64,000 nt of DNA from Candidatus Binatia bacterium (GTDB taxonomy: Bacteria; Desulfobacterota; Binatia; Bin18): contig CAXXHG010000010.1 in the NCBI GenBank assembly GCA_963666315.2, positions 107,621-171,620 on the forward strand, in the 5' to 3' direction. Within the stretch, counting starts at the first letter, position 1. Each line of letters starts with the position of its first letter. Positions 32,502-44,956 of this stretch are shown piece by piece. The notes under the pieces are model-generated. The model was not told where the DNA came from. It did not search any database and saw only the letters and a list, made by a program, of their open reading frames with translations. A program made the position numbers and the translations under genes.

Positions 32502-32613
32502 ATGAAAGTGCCCCATACGAATGGTGAGGGAGTGCGTAACCTCCTCATCGTTGGGGCTTGCTCCTCGGGGCAGAAGCCAGACTGTCGGCTTCCGCTTTAT
32601 TCTGGGTTCCGCA

Positions 32614-32641
32614 ATACTAAAGGCTATTTCAGAAGAGTCAA
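32614..32641 (-). promoter_or_regulatory. Putative sigma70 promoter upstream of tuf copy 1 / S10 cluster
   Basis: TTGACT-16 bp-TAGTAT in the rpsG-tuf spacer. Confidence 0.5.
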
Positions 32642-32740
32642 CCGCCTACATCAACGGCACACGGTCTCTCCACCCTCGACGACCTCTCACCTCTCTCAGC
32701 ACCACGAATGCCGTGATAGCCGATGATCTTTATTACGCCA

Positions 32741-33211
32741 TTACCATCGATAATGAGCAAAAGCTTTATTTGCTTCAGCCATGCGATGGGTATCTTCACG
32801 CTTCTTGACTGCACCGCCTCTATTTTGCGAGGCCTCAAAGAGCTCTCCGGCTAGCTTCTGCCCCATGCTCTTTTCTGGCCGTTGGCGTGCAGACTGCACG
32901 AGCCAACGCATGGCAAGAGAATTTCTCCGGACTTGACGCACCTCTACGGGAACTTGGTATGTCGCCCCCCCGACTCGTCTTGAACGGACCTCAACAAGTG
33001 GTCTCACATTTTCCAGCGCACGCTGGAAGACCTCAAGGGCATCTTCCCCCGTTCGCTGATGAATTAAATCCATCGCCCCATACAGAATTTTTTCGACTTT
33101 CCCCTTTTCTCCGCCGAGCATCATCATATTCACGAATTTGGAGACACTCTTATCATGGAATTTTGGATCTGGAAGTGTCTCTCGTCGTGCAGCCGGTCCC
33201 TTTCGTGGCAT
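32741..33211 (-). CDS. rpsG: 30S ribosomal protein S7
   Basis: [24 protein letters not shown]. Confidence 0.97.
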   Translation of the reverse strand: MPRKGPAARRETLPDPKFHDKSVSKFVNMMMLGGEKGKVEKILYGAMDLIHQRTGEDALEVFQRALENVRPLVEVRSRRVGGATYQVPVEVRQVRRNSLAMRWLVQSARQRPEKSMGQKLAGELFEASQNRGGAVKKREDTHRMAEANKAFAHYRW

Positions 33212-33226
33212 TACGCTCCCCTTCGT

Positions 33227-33598
33227 TTACTTCGGTTTCTTTGCTCCATATTTCGATCGTCCCTGCTTACGTTCTTGCACTCCGATAGAGTCAAGAGTGC
33301 CACGTACGATATGGTACCGAACACCAGGAAGATCTTTGACCCGACCACCTCGAAGGAGGACAACCGAGTGCTCTTGCAGATTATGGCCTACACCTGGGAT
33401 ATAAGCCGTGACCTCAATCCCATTCGTGAGCCTGACACGAGCAACCTTGCGGAGTGCCGAATTTGGCTTCTTCGGCGTCGTCGTATACACTCGAGTGCAC
33501 ACTCCACGTCTTTGAGGACATGCCTGTAAAGCCGGTGCTGTTACCTTCCGACGTTGCTGTTCTCTCCCTTTCCGAACTAATTGCTGAATTGTAGGCAT
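33227..33598 (-). CDS. rpsL: 30S ribosomal protein S12
   Basis: [22 protein letters not shown]. Confidence 0.98.
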   Translation of the reverse strand: MPTIQQLVRKGREQQRRKVTAPALQACPQRRGVCTRVYTTTPKKPNSALRKVARVRLTNGIEVTAYIPGVGHNLQEHSVVLLRGGRVKDLPGVRYHIVRGTLDSIGVQERKQGRSKYGAKKPK

Positions 33599-33634
33599 TC
33601 TTCCTCCTTGCGAAAATCGGCCTTCTCCTACGCC

Positions 33635-36600
33635 TCAATTGACTTGGGAGATCGGCAGAGGCTCTTCAGGCAAGGCCTCCGGGCTTCCCACTTTCAGCTG
33701 TGTATAACTCGGAGTTCCTGTCCCGGCAGGAATAAGACGGCCCATAATAACATTTTCCTTGAGTCCGAGAAGGTGATCGACCTTACCATTAATGGCCGCT
33801 TCCGTGAGCACCTTTGTGGTTTCTTGGAACGAAGCTGCCGAAATAAAGCTATCGGTCGACAGGCTCGCCTTGGTAATACCCATGAGAAGCGACTTCGCTT
33901 CCGGCGGCGTTCCTCCATCGGCGAGGACGCGTTCTGTCTCCTCTTGGTAGCGCCACTTCTCGACATGCTCTCCGACCAGAAAATTTGAGTCTCCAACTCC
34001 GGTCACCAAGACCCGCCGCATCATCTGTCGGACAATCACCTCAATATGTTTGTCGTGGATACGCACCCCTTGCAAGCGATAGATCTCTTGGATCGCGTCA
34101 ACAAGCGATTTTGCGAGTTCCCGCTCCCCGACGACCGCGAGGATATCATGCGGATTAGAAGAGCCATCCATGAGGGGCTCGCCCGGTCGCACGTAGTCGC
34201 CCTCTCGAACGCTGATGTGTTTTCCACGAGCGATGAGATACTCACGGGCCTCTCCCACTTCAGGAGTAATGAGCACTTTCCGCTTGCCCTTCGTATCTTT
34301 TCCAAAAGAAACAACCCCTTCGATCTCACTAATAACTGCGAAGGCTTTTGGCTTCCTCGCTTCAAACAATTCAGCCACACGCGGCAGGCCACCGGTGATA
34401 TCCTTGGTCTTCGTAGTTTCTCGAGGGATCTTGGCCAGCACATCACCGGCCTCGACCCGTTGGCCCTCACGCACAGTGAGATTTGCACCAACCGGCAGGA
34501 GATAGCGCGCCTCTAAGCCATTCAAGAGCTTGGCCGTTTTTCCCTTATCATCTTTAATGGACACACGCGGCCGCATATTCGGGTCGCGAAAGTCGATAAT
34601 AGCCCGAGTGGACAACCCCGTCCGCTCGTCTACCTTCTCCTGCATTGTGTTATCGTCAATATCAACAAACTTGATCTCGCCACCAACCTCAGTCAGGATC
34701 GGAACTGTATACGGATCCCATTCTGCGATTAAATCGTCGGTCTTCACTTTTACGCCTTCTTTTCTCTTGAGCCTGGCGCCATACACAACGGGGGAGCGTT
34801 CTCTTTCACGTTCCTGCCCTTGCCCCAAGACTTCGACAACAGCGACTTCTCCGTTGCGGTTCATTACGACGAAATCGCCTTCCCGATCAACAACGGTTTT
34901 AATGTTAATATACCGTAGTGTCCCTTCATTGCGGGCCAGCAGTGTCGTTTGCTCTGCGCGACGACTTGCCGTCCCCCCGATATGGAAGGTCCGCATTGTC
35001 AACTGAGTGCCAGGCTCTCCGATGGACTGTGCAGCGATAATCCCAACCGCCTCACCGAGGTGGACCAGGCGACCACGTGCGAGATCCCGACCGTAACAAC
35101 GGGCACAGATACCACGCCGAGTATTACAAGTCAGGGCAGACCTGAGCCAAACGCGTTCGATTCCTGCTTCTTCAATGCGTGCAACCCGCTCCTCATCAAT
35201 CTCCTCGTTTGCACGGACAACAACTTCTTTTGTAAAAGGGTCGCGAATATCATCCAGTGCTACGCGGCCGAGGACACGCTCGCCAACACCTTCGATGATT
35301 TCTCCACCTTCGACCAAAGGCGTCATCTCAATACCATCAATCGTACCGCAGTCCTCCTCACTCACGATAGAATCTTGGGCCACGTCAACAAGGCGTCGAG
35401 TGAGATAGCCCGAATTTGCGGTCTTGAGTGCGGTATCAGCCAACCCCTTTCGGGCACCATGGGTCGAAATAAAATACTGGAGCACCGACAGCCCTTCACG
35501 AAAATTCGCGGTAATAGGACTCTCAATAATTTCGCCCGAGGGTTTTGCCATCAGCCCACGCATACCCGCCAATTGCCGAATCTGCTGCGCACTGCCCCGA
35601 GAGCCGGAGTCTGCCATCATATAGATAGGACTAAATCCGTCTCGGTCTTCCTGCAGGCCGCTAAACATTTGGTCTGCGGCTTCATCAGTCACCGATGCCC
35701 AGATATCAACAACCTTGTTATGGCGTTCACCGTCGGTAATCAGTCCCTTCGTATACTGTTCCTGAATCTCTTGCAGAACCTTTTCCGCCTTCTGTAAAAG
35801 CCGGCCCTTCTCCTTCGGAATCACCATATCCTTGATGCCAATCGAGATCCCAGCCTTAGTCGCGTATTCGAAGCCCATATCTTTCAGACGATCAGCAAAA
35901 ATGACTGTCGCTTTAGTGCCTGCTTTGAGAACAGAGGTATCTACTAAGGCCCCGAGTTCTTTTTTCTTCATCACTCGATTAATAGCGGAAAAGGGAATCT
36001 CAGGAGGGACGATTTCAGCCAGGAGAACACGCCCCACCGTCGTCTCAACACGTGCGCCATCCATACGAACAACGATCTTCGCCTGGAGATCAGCTGCACC
36101 TTGATCATAGGCAATCCGAACTTCTTCCGGGCTACTAAAAATTTTCCCTTCCCCTGTGGCACCAGGACGCTCCCGCGTCATAGAATAGAGCCCTAGGACA
36201 ATATCTTGCGTTGGGCTGATAACCGCCTTTCCATGAGCAGGCGAGAGAATATTATTGGTTGACATCATCAAGCTACGCGCTTCGACTTGCGCTTCGACAG
36301 AGAGCGGAAGATGGACCGCCATCTGGTCACCGTCGAAGTCCGCATTATAGGCCATACAGACAAGCGGGTGGAGCTGAATGGCCTTCCCCTCGATTAAGAT
36401 GGGTTCGAACGCTTGAATACCGAGTCTATGCAAAGTCGGCGCCCGATTCAGGAGCACCGGATGTTCACGGATCACTTCATCAAGGATATCCCAAACTTCC
36501 GGACGTTCCTTCTCGACCATTTTCTTGGCGCTCTTAATAGTCGTCGTGTAGCCACGTTCTTCAAGCTTGTTATAAATGAAAGGCTTGAACAGCTCCAAGG

Positions 36601-37720
36601 CCATATGTTTGGGCAACCCACATTGATGCAGACGCAATTCTGGTCCAACGACAATCACCGAGCGGCCAGAATAATCGACACGTTTCCCTAGAAGATTCTG
36701 ACGGAATCGCCCGCCTTTCCCTTTGAGCATGTCAGAAAGGGATTTTAGTGGCCGTTTGTTTTGTCCAGTGAGTGGACGACCGCGCCGTCCATTGTCAAAG
36801 AGCGCATCTACAGCTTCCTGGAGCATGCGTTTCTCGTTCCGAACAATAATATCCGGAGCGCTGAGTTCTATCAGTCGCTTGAGTCGATTATTTCGATTGA
36901 TAACGCGACGGTAGAGGTCATTCAGATCCGAAGTTGCAAAACGACCGCCATCAAGAGGCACGAGAGGGCGAAGATCGGGCGGGATGACCGGAATGACCTC
37001 GAGGATCATTTCTTCCGGATGATTCCCGGATTTACGAAATGCGTTCACAACTTTGAGCCGCTTGGCGGCCTTCTTTCGACGAGCCTCGCTCGATGTCTGG
37101 ACCATCTCCACCCGGAGTTCCTTAGCCAACTCTTCAAGATTGATGTCTTGAAACAGTTCGCGAACTGCCTCCGCCCCCATACCGGCACGGAAACTTCCAG
37201 GGCCGAATTCCTCGACGGCCTGACGGTAGCGCGTCTCGCTTAAGAGTTCTTTTTTGCGCAAAGACGTCTGCCCTGGATCAATGACAATATAGGACTCGAA
37301 GTAGAGAACGCGCTCCAGTTCCTTGAGCGTGGTGTCCATCAATGTCCCAATCCGGCTCGGCAGACTCTTGAGAAACCAAATATGTGCAACGGGGCTTGCA
37401 AGGTCGATATGGCCCATCCGTTCGCGACGGACCTTGGACTGTATCACTTCGACTCCACACTTCTCACACACGACGCCTCTATGGCGCATACGCTTGTACT
37501 TCCCACAGTTGCACTCGTAGTCTTTCGTCGGTCCGAAAATTTTTGCGCAGAAGAGGCCATCGCGCTCAGGTTTAAACGTCCGGTAGTTAATGGTTTCGGG
37601 TTTCTTGACCTCACCGTGCGACCAAGATCGGACCAGATCAGCAGACGCCAGCGAGACCCGAATCGCATTAAAACGGAGCGGATTTTGGGGTTTTTCAAAA
37701 AGACCCAGAAAATCTTCCAT
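33635..37720 (-). CDS. rpoC: RNA polymerase beta' subunit
   Basis: [12 protein letters not shown] catalytic motif, Zn ribbon, QLTMRTFH; ATG at 37720 after GAGGAG. Confidence 0.98.
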   Translation of the reverse strand: MEDFLGLFEKPQNPLRFNAIRVSLASADLVRSWSHGEVKKPETINYRTFKPERDGLFCAKIFGPTKDYECNCGKYKRMRHRGVVCEKCGVEVIQSKVRRERMGHIDLASPVAHIWFLKSLPSRIGTLMDTTLKELERVLYFESYIVIDPGQTSLRKKELLSETRYRQAVEEFGPGSFRAGMGAEAVRELFQDINLEELAKELRVEMVQTSSEARRKKAAKRLKVVNAFRKSGNHPEEMILEVIPVIPPDLRPLVPLDGGRFATSDLNDLYRRVINRNNRLKRLIELSAPDIIVRNEKRMLQEAVDALFDNGRRGRPLTGQNKRPLKSLSDMLKGKGGRFRQNLLGKRVDYSGRSVIVVGPELRLHQCGLPKHMALELFKPFIYNKLEERGYTTTIKSAKKMVEKERPEVWDILDEVIREHPVLLNRAPTLHRLGIQAFEPILIEGKAIQLHPLVCMAYNADFDGDQMAVHLPLSVEAQVEARSLMMSTNNILSPAHGKAVISPTQDIVLGLYSMTRERPGATGEGKIFSSPEEVRIAYDQGAADLQAKIVVRMDGARVETTVGRVLLAEIVPPEIPFSAINRVMKKKELGALVDTSVLKAGTKATVIFADRLKDMGFEYATKAGISIGIKDMVIPKEKGRLLQKAEKVLQEIQEQYTKGLITDGERHNKVVDIWASVTDEAADQMFSGLQEDRDGFSPIYMMADSGSRGSAQQIRQLAGMRGLMAKPSGEIIESPITANFREGLSVLQYFISTHGARKGLADTALKTANSGYLTRRLVDVAQDSIVSEEDCGTIDGIEMTPLVEGGEIIEGVGERVLGRVALDDIRDPFTKEVVVRANEEIDEERVARIEEAGIERVWLRSALTCNTRRGICARCYGRDLARGRLVHLGEAVGIIAAQSIGEPGTQLTMRTFHIGGTASRRAEQTTLLARNEGTLRYINIKTVVDREGDFVVMNRNGEVAVVEVLGQGQERERERSPVVYGARLKRKEGVKVKTDDLIAEWDPYTVPILTEVGGEIKFVDIDDNTMQEKVDERTGLSTRAIIDFRDPNMRPRVSIKDDKGKTAKLLNGLEARYLLPVGANLTVREGQRVEAGDVLAKIPRETTKTKDITGGLPRVAELFEARKPKAFAVISEIEGVVSFGKDTKGKRKVLITPEVGEAREYLIARGKHISVREGDYVRPGEPLMDGSSNPHDILAVVGERELAKSLVDAIQEIYRLQGVRIHDKHIEVIVRQMMRRVLVTGVGDSNFLVGEHVEKWRYQEETERVLADGGTPPEAKSLLMGITKASLSTDSFISAASFQETTKVLTEAAINGKVDHLLGLKENVIMGRLIPAGTGTPSYTQLKVGSPEALPEEPLPISQVN

Positions 37721-37738
37721 TTTTCTCCTCACCTTGAC

Positions 37739-40700
37739 TTATTGGTTTTCTTCAATCAGCTCGACATTCAGTGCCAGGCTCTGAAGCTCTCGGATCATCA
37801 CGTTGAACGATTCTGGTAAGCCGGGTTCCAGAACGTTTTCACCCTTCACAATGGCTTCATACATGCGGGTTCGACCTGCCACATCATCTGATTTAACTGT
37901 TAACATTTCTTGCAAGCTATACGCGGCTCCATACGCTTCGAGCGCCCAGACTTCCATCTCTCCAAGCCGCTGGCCACCAAACTGGGCTTTCCCACCCAGC
38001 GGCTGTTGCGTCACGAGGGAGTAAGGTCCGGTTGAACGTGCGTGGATCTTGTCTTCAACGAGGTGGTGGAGCTTCAGGATATACATAATGCCCACGGTTA
38101 TGGGTTGGTCAAAAGGCTCTCCGGTCCGGCCATCATGAAGGATGGTCTGCCCCGACTCAGGGAGGCTGGCTTTCTTCAGCGCAGAAAAAATATCCGTCTC
38201 CGACGCTCCGTCGAATACAGGAGTCGCGATATGGGTTCCCTTTTTAGAGCGGCTGGCCACCTGTCTGAGTGCGGACGCCGATAATCCATCGATAAGGCGA
38301 GAGACCTCTGCTGACCCGCACACATCCTTGAGACGTGCCCGAAGACTTTCGGTTGCAGCCTTGCCGTCTTTCTCTGCCTCTTCACCAATCTGAAACCCAA
38401 GTGATTGGATCGCCCAGCCAAGATGGGTTTCCAGAATTTGTCCGACATTCATGCGGGAGGGAACGCCCAGAGGATTGAGGACAACGTCGATCGGAGTCCC
38501 GTCTTCTAGGTACGGCATATCTTCTTCTAGTAAAATTCGGGATAAGACGCCCTTATTCCCATGGCGCCCTGCCATTTTATCACCCACCTGCAGATGGCGC
38601 TTTATCGCAACAAAAACCTTGACCATCTTAATGATGCCGGGGGGCAACTCATCGCCACTTTTTAACCGCGCAACTTTCCTCTCACATTCCTCGCGGATAT
38701 AACCAGTCCGCTCCGCCATGGCCTCCGCAATCTTCGCTATTTCTTCCTCAACTCCGTCATCATCGATGCGGATCCTACTCCAAGACATCGCGGGCATGAC
38801 ATCCAGGACCTCCTCAGAGATCTCTTGGCCTTTGGCTAGCAATACACGTCGGGTCGCATCGTCACTGACCCGCATGGTCGCCGTCTTGCCCATGAGGAGC
38901 TGTTTGATCTTCCCTAGAGTACTGTCTTGAATTATCAGGATTTCCTCATCCCGATCCTGTTCCAATCCGTTGATCTCACCCTCTTCAATATCTTGACTGC
39001 GCTCATCCTTGGTAACGCCTTTGCGAGAGAAAACACGGACATTGATAATTGTCCCTGCAACCCCAGGCGAGACACGCAACGAGGTGTCCCGGACCTCCCC
39101 AGCTTTTTCACCGAAAATAGCCCGCAGCAGCTTCTCTTCAGGCGAGAGTTGAGTCTCTCCTTTAGGAGTGATTTTTCCAACTAAGATATCGCTCGGCCGG
39201 ACTTCTGCCCCGATCCTGACAATGCCGCTTTCATCGAGATCTTTCAGCGCTTCTTCTCCGACATTAGGGATGTCTTGAGTGATTTCTTCTGGACCAAGCT
39301 TGGTGTCGCGCGCCACGCATTCGAATTCCTCGATGTGGACCGAGGTAAAAACATCATCACGAATCAGGCGTTCACTGACCAGAATCGAGTCCTCAAAATT
39401 ATAGCCGCCCCAAATCATAAAAGCGACCAAAACGTTTCTGCCGAGTGCGAGTTCCCCCATGTCCGTCGCAGGACCATCCGCGATAACATCACCAGTTTCC
39501 ACGCGGTCGCCAACTTGGACGGTAGGCCGTTGATTCACGCATGTATTTTGATTAGAGCGCTGGTATTTAGTCAGGCTGTATATATCAACCCCAACGTCAC
39601 CCTGCGCGGTGTGTGATTCTGCTCTGACTACGATACGCGCCGAATCAACGCTCTCAACAAGACCATCCCTATGTGCGGTCACAGAGGCACCCGAGTCCCT
39701 CGCCACCACCTGCTCCATACCCGTCCCCACGAGTGGAGCTTCCGTACGGAGCAAGGGGACTGCCTGTCGTTGCATGTTCGATCCCATGAGGGCCCGGTTC
39801 GCGTCGTCATGCTCCAGGAAAGGGATCAGCGCAGCCGCAACACTCACTAACTGTGTGGGGGACACGTCCATTTGCTGAATCTCCGTGGGTAGGACCATCA
39901 CAAATTCTCCACGAAGTCGAGCGGAAACGAGTTTGTTCGTAAAATTTCCCTTCGCATCAACCGGGGCGTTTGCCTGCGCAATCGTCTGACTTTCTTCCTC
40001 CAGAGCAGACAGATACCGGACAGTATCAGTGACCCGGCCCTGTACGACTTCCCGATACGGCGTCTCGATGAAGCCAAATTCATTGACGCGCGCATATGTG
40101 GAAAGACTTGCAATAAGCCCGATATTCGGCCCCTCGGGTGTCTCAATAGGACAGACCCGTCCGTAGTGTGTCGGGTGAACGTCTCGCACCTCAAAGCCTG
40201 CACGTTCTCGGGTGAGTCCTCCAGGCCCCAGTGCCGAAAGCCGCCTTTTATGTGTAATTTCAGACAAGGGATTCGTCTGGTCCATGAATTGAGAAAGCTG
40301 GCTTGAGCCGAAAAATTCTTTCAGGGCTGCCGAAACAGGTTTGTAATTGACCAATTCCTGGGGCATCAACGTCTCGACATCCTGGAGACTCATACGCTCT
40401 TTCACCGCACGTTCCATCCGGACCAAGCCGATACGAAACTGATTTTCGACCAGCTCTCCGACCGCCCGGATGCGTCGGTTCCCCAGATGGTCAATATCAT
40501 CGACAACGCCATTGCCATTCTTCAGTTCAACCAAATACCGTACGGCTTCCAGGATATCCTCACGCCGCAGGGTACCTTGATCGAGGGGCGCGTTGATAGC
40601 GAGTTTATGATTGAGTTTGAGACGCCCGACTCGCGACAAATTATAGCGCTCAGGGTTAAAAAACAGATTGTGACAAAACAAGGTTGCCGCTTCACTCGTC

Positions 40701-41851
40701 GGAGGGTCACCCGGACGCAGCCGCCGATAAATCTCAATGACCGCCTCTTCGGGAGAAGAAACTTTGTCCTGTAAGAGCGTGTTACGCAGGGACGGACCGA
40801 TATGGGACTCATCAATGAAGAGCAGCTCAACACTCGACACCCCGCGCTCCATAAGGAGATCGAGCTGTTCTTGCGAGATTTCCTCATTGCACTGAATGAG
40901 CACCTCTTTTGTTGAAGGGTCAAGAATGTCACGCGCGGCCACCCGACCGATCAGTTCCTCGATGGTCATGGGAATCTGCTCAATCCCGGCCGACTCCATA
41001 TGCCTGAGCGCACTGCGGGTAAACTTCCGTCCCTCCTTCAGCAACAGATCATCGGTCTGAGGATGCCGAACATCTTGCGTGGTACACAGGCCGAGCAAGT
41101 GCCCGGGCTGAAAAGTTTTGCTTGGTTTTCTCTGACCAAGGAAGATCGTATCTGTGCGATAAAAATAATTCAGCAGATCCTCTGTTGTCATTTCCAATGC
41201 GCGTAAGAGCACGGTCGCATGGAATTTCCGGCGCCGGTCTATCCGCACGTAGAGAATATCTTTGGGATCAAATTCGAAATCGATCCACGATCCTCGATAC
41301 GGGATGACCCGAGCCGAGTACAGGAGCTTCCCACTCGCATGCGTCTTCCCTTTATCATGGTCAAAAAAGACTCCAGGGGATCGATGCAGCTGACTGACGA
41401 TAACACGCTCCGTCCCATTGATCATGAATGTTCCGTGCTTCGTCATTAATGGGAGTTCGCCAAAATAGACTTCCTGTTCTTTGACGTTCTTGATCGTACG
41501 AGCACCACTGCTGGGGTCGATATCCCACAGGACAAGTTGAATCGTCACTTTGAGGGGAGCAGCATGCGTCATCCCTCTTTGATGGCACTCTTCAACTGTA
41601 TACTTCGGTTCTCCGAGCGCGTAACTCACAAACTCAAGAGAGGCGGTCTCATTAAAATCTTTGATTGGAAAAACCGACCGAAAGACCCCATGGAGCCCAG
41701 TGTCCGTCCTCTGTTCAGCAGGCTGGAGTCCCTGGAGAAATTCATCATACGAGTGATGTTGAATTTCCAGCAGGTGCGGAAATTTGACTATTTGTCCAAT
41801 GCGACCAAAAGGCCGTCGAATGCGGAAGTTATGCGCTAGCCTAGCAGCCAT
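37739..41851 (-). CDS. rpoB: RNA polymerase beta subunit
   Basis: [46 protein letters not shown]. Confidence 0.98.
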   Translation of the reverse strand: MAARLAHNFRIRRPFGRIGQIVKFPHLLEIQHHSYDEFLQGLQPAEQRTDTGLHGVFRSVFPIKDFNETASLEFVSYALGEPKYTVEECHQRGMTHAAPLKVTIQLVLWDIDPSSGARTIKNVKEQEVYFGELPLMTKHGTFMINGTERVIVSQLHRSPGVFFDHDKGKTHASGKLLYSARVIPYRGSWIDFEFDPKDILYVRIDRRRKFHATVLLRALEMTTEDLLNYFYRTDTIFLGQRKPSKTFQPGHLLGLCTTQDVRHPQTDDLLLKEGRKFTRSALRHMESAGIEQIPMTIEELIGRVAARDILDPSTKEVLIQCNEEISQEQLDLLMERGVSSVELLFIDESHIGPSLRNTLLQDKVSSPEEAVIEIYRRLRPGDPPTSEAATLFCHNLFFNPERYNLSRVGRLKLNHKLAINAPLDQGTLRREDILEAVRYLVELKNGNGVVDDIDHLGNRRIRAVGELVENQFRIGLVRMERAVKERMSLQDVETLMPQELVNYKPVSAALKEFFGSSQLSQFMDQTNPLSEITHKRRLSALGPGGLTRERAGFEVRDVHPTHYGRVCPIETPEGPNIGLIASLSTYARVNEFGFIETPYREVVQGRVTDTVRYLSALEEESQTIAQANAPVDAKGNFTNKLVSARLRGEFVMVLPTEIQQMDVSPTQLVSVAAALIPFLEHDDANRALMGSNMQRQAVPLLRTEAPLVGTGMEQVVARDSGASVTAHRDGLVESVDSARIVVRAESHTAQGDVGVDIYSLTKYQRSNQNTCVNQRPTVQVGDRVETGDVIADGPATDMGELALGRNVLVAFMIWGGYNFEDSILVSERLIRDDVFTSVHIEEFECVARDTKLGPEEITQDIPNVGEEALKDLDESGIVRIGAEVRPSDILVGKITPKGETQLSPEEKLLRAIFGEKAGEVRDTSLRVSPGVAGTIINVRVFSRKGVTKDERSQDIEEGEINGLEQDRDEEILIIQDSTLGKIKQLLMGKTATMRVSDDATRRVLLAKGQEISEEVLDVMPAMSWSRIRIDDDGVEEEIAKIAEAMAERTGYIREECERKVARLKSGDELPPGIIKMVKVFVAIKRHLQVGDKMAGRHGNKGVLSRILLEEDMPYLEDGTPIDVVLNPLGVPSRMNVGQILETHLGWAIQSLGFQIGEEAEKDGKAATESLRARLKDVCGSAEVSRLIDGLSASALRQVASRSKKGTHIATPVFDGASETDIFSALKKASLPESGQTILHDGRTGEPFDQPITVGIMYILKLHHLVEDKIHARSTGPYSLVTQQPLGGKAQFGGQRLGEMEVWALEAYGAAYSLQEMLTVKSDDVAGRTRMYEAIVKGENVLEPGLPESFNVMIRELQSLALNVELIEENQ

Positions 41852-41881
41852 GAATGCTCCCCTTTTTCTCCCGCTCCAGCA

Positions 41882-42271
41882 TTATTTCAGTTCGACTGAG
41901 CCGCCAGCCCCTTCAAGCTTTTCTTTTACTTCTTCAGCCTCTGCCTTGGAAACACCTTCTTTCACCGCCTTAGGTGCGCTGTCCACGAGCTCTTTGGCTT
42001 CCTTAAGACCTAATCCAGTCAGTTCACGGACAACCTTAATGACCTGAATTTTCTTGTCTCCAGGCCCTGTCAGCACAACATCAAACTCCGTCTGCTCAAC
42101 AGCCTCGGGCGCAGCATCACCACCGGCAGGATCTCCGGCAACCACTACGGGAGCTGCAGCGCTGACTCCCCATTTCTCTTCGAGCTTCTTGACCAAATCT
42201 GAGGCCTCGAGAATGGTTAGGTCCGAGAGCGTGACAATAATTTCATCCATCTTTTCTGCTGTTAGAGCCAT
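41882..42271 (-). CDS. rplL: 50S ribosomal protein L7/L12
   Basis: [25 protein letters not shown]. Confidence 0.97.
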   Translation of the reverse strand: MALTAEKMDEIIVTLSDLTILEASDLVKKLEEKWGVSAAAPVVVAGDPAGGDAAPEAVEQTEFDVVLTGPGDKKIQVIKVVRELTGLGLKEAKELVDSAPKAVKEGVSKAEAEEVKEKLEGAGGSVELK

Positions 42272-42301
42272 ACTGTCCTCCTGCGGGATACGTAAAAGTC
42301 T

Positions 42302-42823
42302 TTAATCTGTGTTGAGTTGAGACATCCGTTCATTAAGCAGCCTTGCAAGTTGAGAGCCAGGAGCAGACAAGGCGCCGGCAAGGCGAGTCGCCGGCTGCGA
42401 GAGCACGCCAAGCAGCTGCGCGCGGAGGGCCTCCTTGCCAGGCAGGGTGGCCAAAGCCTCAACCTTGGCCGTTCCCAAGAACTGCCCCTCGGTAAAGCCC
42501 CCCTTGATTGTAAATTTTCTGTTTTCAGCAGCGAACCGAGAAATGACTTTAGCAATCCCAATCACATCACCATAGCCGAAGACCAGTCCATTCTGTCCCG
42601 AAAGCAAATCTTTCAAAGAGAGATAGGGGGTTCCGTCAATGGCAAGCGCCACTAAAGTATTTTTGGCAACGCGATACTCTCCGTCCACCCCGCGAAGCTC
42701 GCGCCGCAGGTTGTTCAGTTGTTCTACCGTTAGGCCTTGGTACTCAGTCAGCACTGCGGCTGTCGCATTCGCGAACAGGTGCTGAAGATCAGTTACGGTT
42801 TCTTCTTTTGTTCGTCGGTCCAT
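42302..42823 (-). CDS. rplJ: 50S ribosomal protein L10
   Basis: YQGLTV, LRRELR, VAKNTL, LATLP. Confidence 0.95.
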   Translation of the reverse strand: MDRRTKEETVTDLQHLFANATAAVLTEYQGLTVEQLNNLRRELRGVDGEYRVAKNTLVALAIDGTPYLSLKDLLSGQNGLVFGYGDVIGIAKVISRFAAENRKFTIKGGFTEGQFLGTAKVEALATLPGKEALRAQLLGVLSQPATRLAGALSAPGSQLARLLNERMSQLNTD

Positions 42824-42894
42824 CTTTCAATCTTTCATCTTTCAATCTTTCATCTTTCAATCTTTCATCTTTCAATCTTTCATCTTTCCATCTT
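42821..42894. repeat. Tandem repeat: 15-bp unit CATCTTTCAATCTTT x4 plus one degenerate unit (alternating 7- and 8-mers)
   Basis: Exact units start at 42821, 42836, 42851 and 42866; variant CATCTTTCCATCTT at 42881. Confidence 0.95.
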
Positions 42895-42919
42895 GGCGTC
42901 CGAACATTCATGACGCGCA

Positions 42920-43624
42920 CTAGCTCTGCCTCAGCGCTCCAACCGGGTCTACTCGCACTCCGAGTCCCATACTGGTACTGACCGTAATGCTCTTCACATA
43001 TGTCCCTTTAGCCGAGGCCGGCTTTACCCGGACTAAGCTCTCCAAAAGAGACTGCGCATTCTCCAGCAGCTGCGAACTTTCAAATGAAGCTTTCCCAACG
43101 GGCACATGCACATTGCCGGCCTTGTCAACTCGGTACTCGACCTTGCCGGCTTTGAGGTCCTGAACTGCCTGAGCAATATCCATTGTGACCGTGCCAACTT
43201 TCGGATTCGGCATAAGCCCTCGCGGGCCGAGGATTTTTCCAAGCCGGCCGACTACGCCCATCATGTCTGGGGTGGCCACAGCCTTATCAAACTCGAGCCA
43301 TCCTTCCTCACTAATGCGCTTCGCAAGATCCTCACCGCCGACAATATCAGCTCCAGCTTCTTCGGCCTCTTGGACCTTTTCCCCTTTTGCGAAAACCACG
43401 ACACGCACAGTTTTGCCAGTTCCATGAGGAAGCAATACTGTCCCGCGGATATTTTGATCAGCTTTCCTCGGATCAACACCCAGCCGCACTGCTAATTCGA
43501 CAGTCTCATCGAATTTCGCCCGTTTCGTCTCGCGTGCCAACCTCAGTGCTTCATCTAAGGAGTAGCGACGAGTTCGATCCACCTTGGCCTCTACAGAACG
43601 ATAGCCTTTACTTCTTCGAGCCAT
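42920..43624 (-). CDS. rplA: 50S ribosomal protein L1
   Basis: [28 protein letters not shown]; start MARRSK at 43624. Confidence 0.97.
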   Translation of the reverse strand: MARRSKGYRSVEAKVDRTRRYSLDEALRLARETKRAKFDETVELAVRLGVDPRKADQNIRGTVLLPHGTGKTVRVVVFAKGEKVQEAEEAGADIVGGEDLAKRISEEGWLEFDKAVATPDMMGVVGRLGKILGPRGLMPNPKVGTVTMDIAQAVQDLKAGKVEYRVDKAGNVHVPVGKASFESSQLLENAQSLLESLVRVKPASAKGTYVKSITVSTSMGLGVRVDPVGALRQS

Positions 43625-43625
43625 A

Positions 43626-44051
43626 TTAGTCGACCACCTCAAGACCCATGCTGCGAGCAGTTCCCACGACCGTGCGTATTGCACCGTCAAGATCCTTTGC
43701 GTTCAAATCCGGCATTTTAACATTTGCGATTTCTTCGACCTGTTTTCGTGTCACAGACCCCACCACGTGTTTTGCAGGCTCGCCAGACGCTTTCTCGAGC
43801 CCCGCAGCCTTTTTCAAAAGAGTTGAGGCTGGCGGCGTCTTCGTAATGAAAGAAAAAGAACGGTCTGCATAGACCGTAATGATAACCGGGGTCAGCAATC
43901 CTTGCTGGCTCTGTGTTCTGGAATTAAAGGCCTTGCAGAACTCCATGATATTGACCCCTCGCTGTCCGAGCGCGGGCCCAACCGGAGGGCTCGGATTCGC
44001 CTGCCCAGCCGGAATCTGGAGTTTTATCGTCGTCATCACTTTCTTGGCCAT
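43626..44051 (-). CDS. rplK: 50S ribosomal protein L11
   Basis: [25 protein letters not shown]. Confidence 0.97.
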   Translation of the reverse strand: MAKKVMTTIKLQIPAGQANPSPPVGPALGQRGVNIMEFCKAFNSRTQSQQGLLTPVIITVYADRSFSFITKTPPASTLLKKAAGLEKASGEPAKHVVGSVTRKQVEEIANVKMPDLNAKDLDGAIRTVVGTARSMGLEVVD

Positions 44052-44068
44052 AGTTGCTTCACCACACT

Positions 44069-44608
44069 TTATGCTTTTTCAACTTGGACAAGATCCAGCT
44101 CAACAGGAGTTGCCCGCCCAAAGATACTAATGAGTACGCGCAGCTTTCCTTTTTCCGGCTTGACCTCTTCAACCACACCGGTGAAATCCTGAAACGGGCC
44201 GTCCACAACCTTTACGCCCTCTCCAGTCTCAAACGAAATCTTGGGCTTGGGCCGTAGGGCGCCTTCTTCAACCTGTTGATGAATTTCAGAGATCTCTGCT
44301 TCAGAAACAGGCGGGATGGTTTGGGGATCATTCGCTCCCCCTACAAACCCGGTCACTTTTGGCGTTGCCCGAACGACATGCCAGGTCTCATCGTTCATTT
44401 CCATGTGGACGAGGATATAGCCTGGGAAAAATTTTCGTGCCGATGTACGTTTTTTCCCTTTTACCAGCTCAACAACTTGCTCTTCAGGGACTAAGACATC
44501 ACCAAACTGTTCCTGTTTGCCCAAGGTACGGATGCGCTCCTCTAAGGCCGCCTTCGCCTTGCGTTCGTACCCGGAATAGGTATGAACGACATACCATTGC
44601 TTGCCCAT
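44069..44608 (-). CDS. nusG: Transcription termination/antitermination factor NusG
   Basis: [35 protein letters not shown]. Confidence 0.97.
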   Translation of the reverse strand: MGKQWYVVHTYSGYERKAKAALEERIRTLGKQEQFGDVLVPEEQVVELVKGKKRTSARKFFPGYILVHMEMNDETWHVVRATPKVTGFVGGANDPQTIPPVSEAEISEIHQQVEEGALRPKPKISFETGEGVKVVDGPFQDFTGVVEEVKPEKGKLRVLISIFGRATPVELDLVQVEKA

Positions 44609-44631
44609 GACCTTAGACTCCCAAATCGTGG

Positions 44632-44826
44632 TCAATTTCCGAGGAACGAGCGAAACAGCCAAGACAGCGCCGCATCCACAGAAAATAGAAAGAGAGCAAC
44701 AATCGACACAAGAAGAAGCACAACAAGTGTCGCGGCACGAACTTCTTTGGGGTTCGGCCACTGGACCTTCTGTGTTTCCACCCACGCTTCTTGGCAAAAT
44801 GCCCGTGCAGTCTCAAACGCGCTCAT
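44632..44826 (-). CDS. secE: Preprotein translocase SecE
   Basis: ETQKVQWP motif plus a single TM; lies between tRNA-Trp and nusG. Confidence 0.9.
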   Translation of the reverse strand: MSAFETARAFCQEAWVETQKVQWPNPKEVRAATLVVLLLVSIVALFLFSVDAALSWLFRSFLGN

Positions 44827-44873
44827 AAGTTACTGTACTCTTTGGCCGGAGGATACATCTCTTCGTGGACGAA

Positions 44874-44948
44874 CGGGTCAGGCAGGACTCGAACCTGCAA
44901 CCCCCGGATTTGGAGTCCGGTGCTCTATCCAATTCGAGCTACTGACCC
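44874..44948 (-). tRNA. tRNA-Trp (CCA)
   Basis: Acceptor GGGTCAG/CTGACCC, anticodon loop CTCCAAA, GTTCGAGTC. Confidence 0.95.
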
Positions 44949-44956
44949 TCCTGCCC

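Noticed and set aside
32638-32838. Small ORFs in the rpsG-tuf spacer as an EF-G remnant
   Set aside because: No EF-G motif (e.g. RNIGI.AHIDAGKTT) recognisable in the frames I read
34046-41839. Many antisense ORFs over rpoB/rpoC (e.g. 34949-35797, 282 aa)
   Set aside because: Typical antisense shadows of conserved genes; no motifs and complete overlap with them
42821-42894. Repeat considered as a CRISPR array
   Set aside because: Contiguous 15-bp units with no spacers and no cas genes
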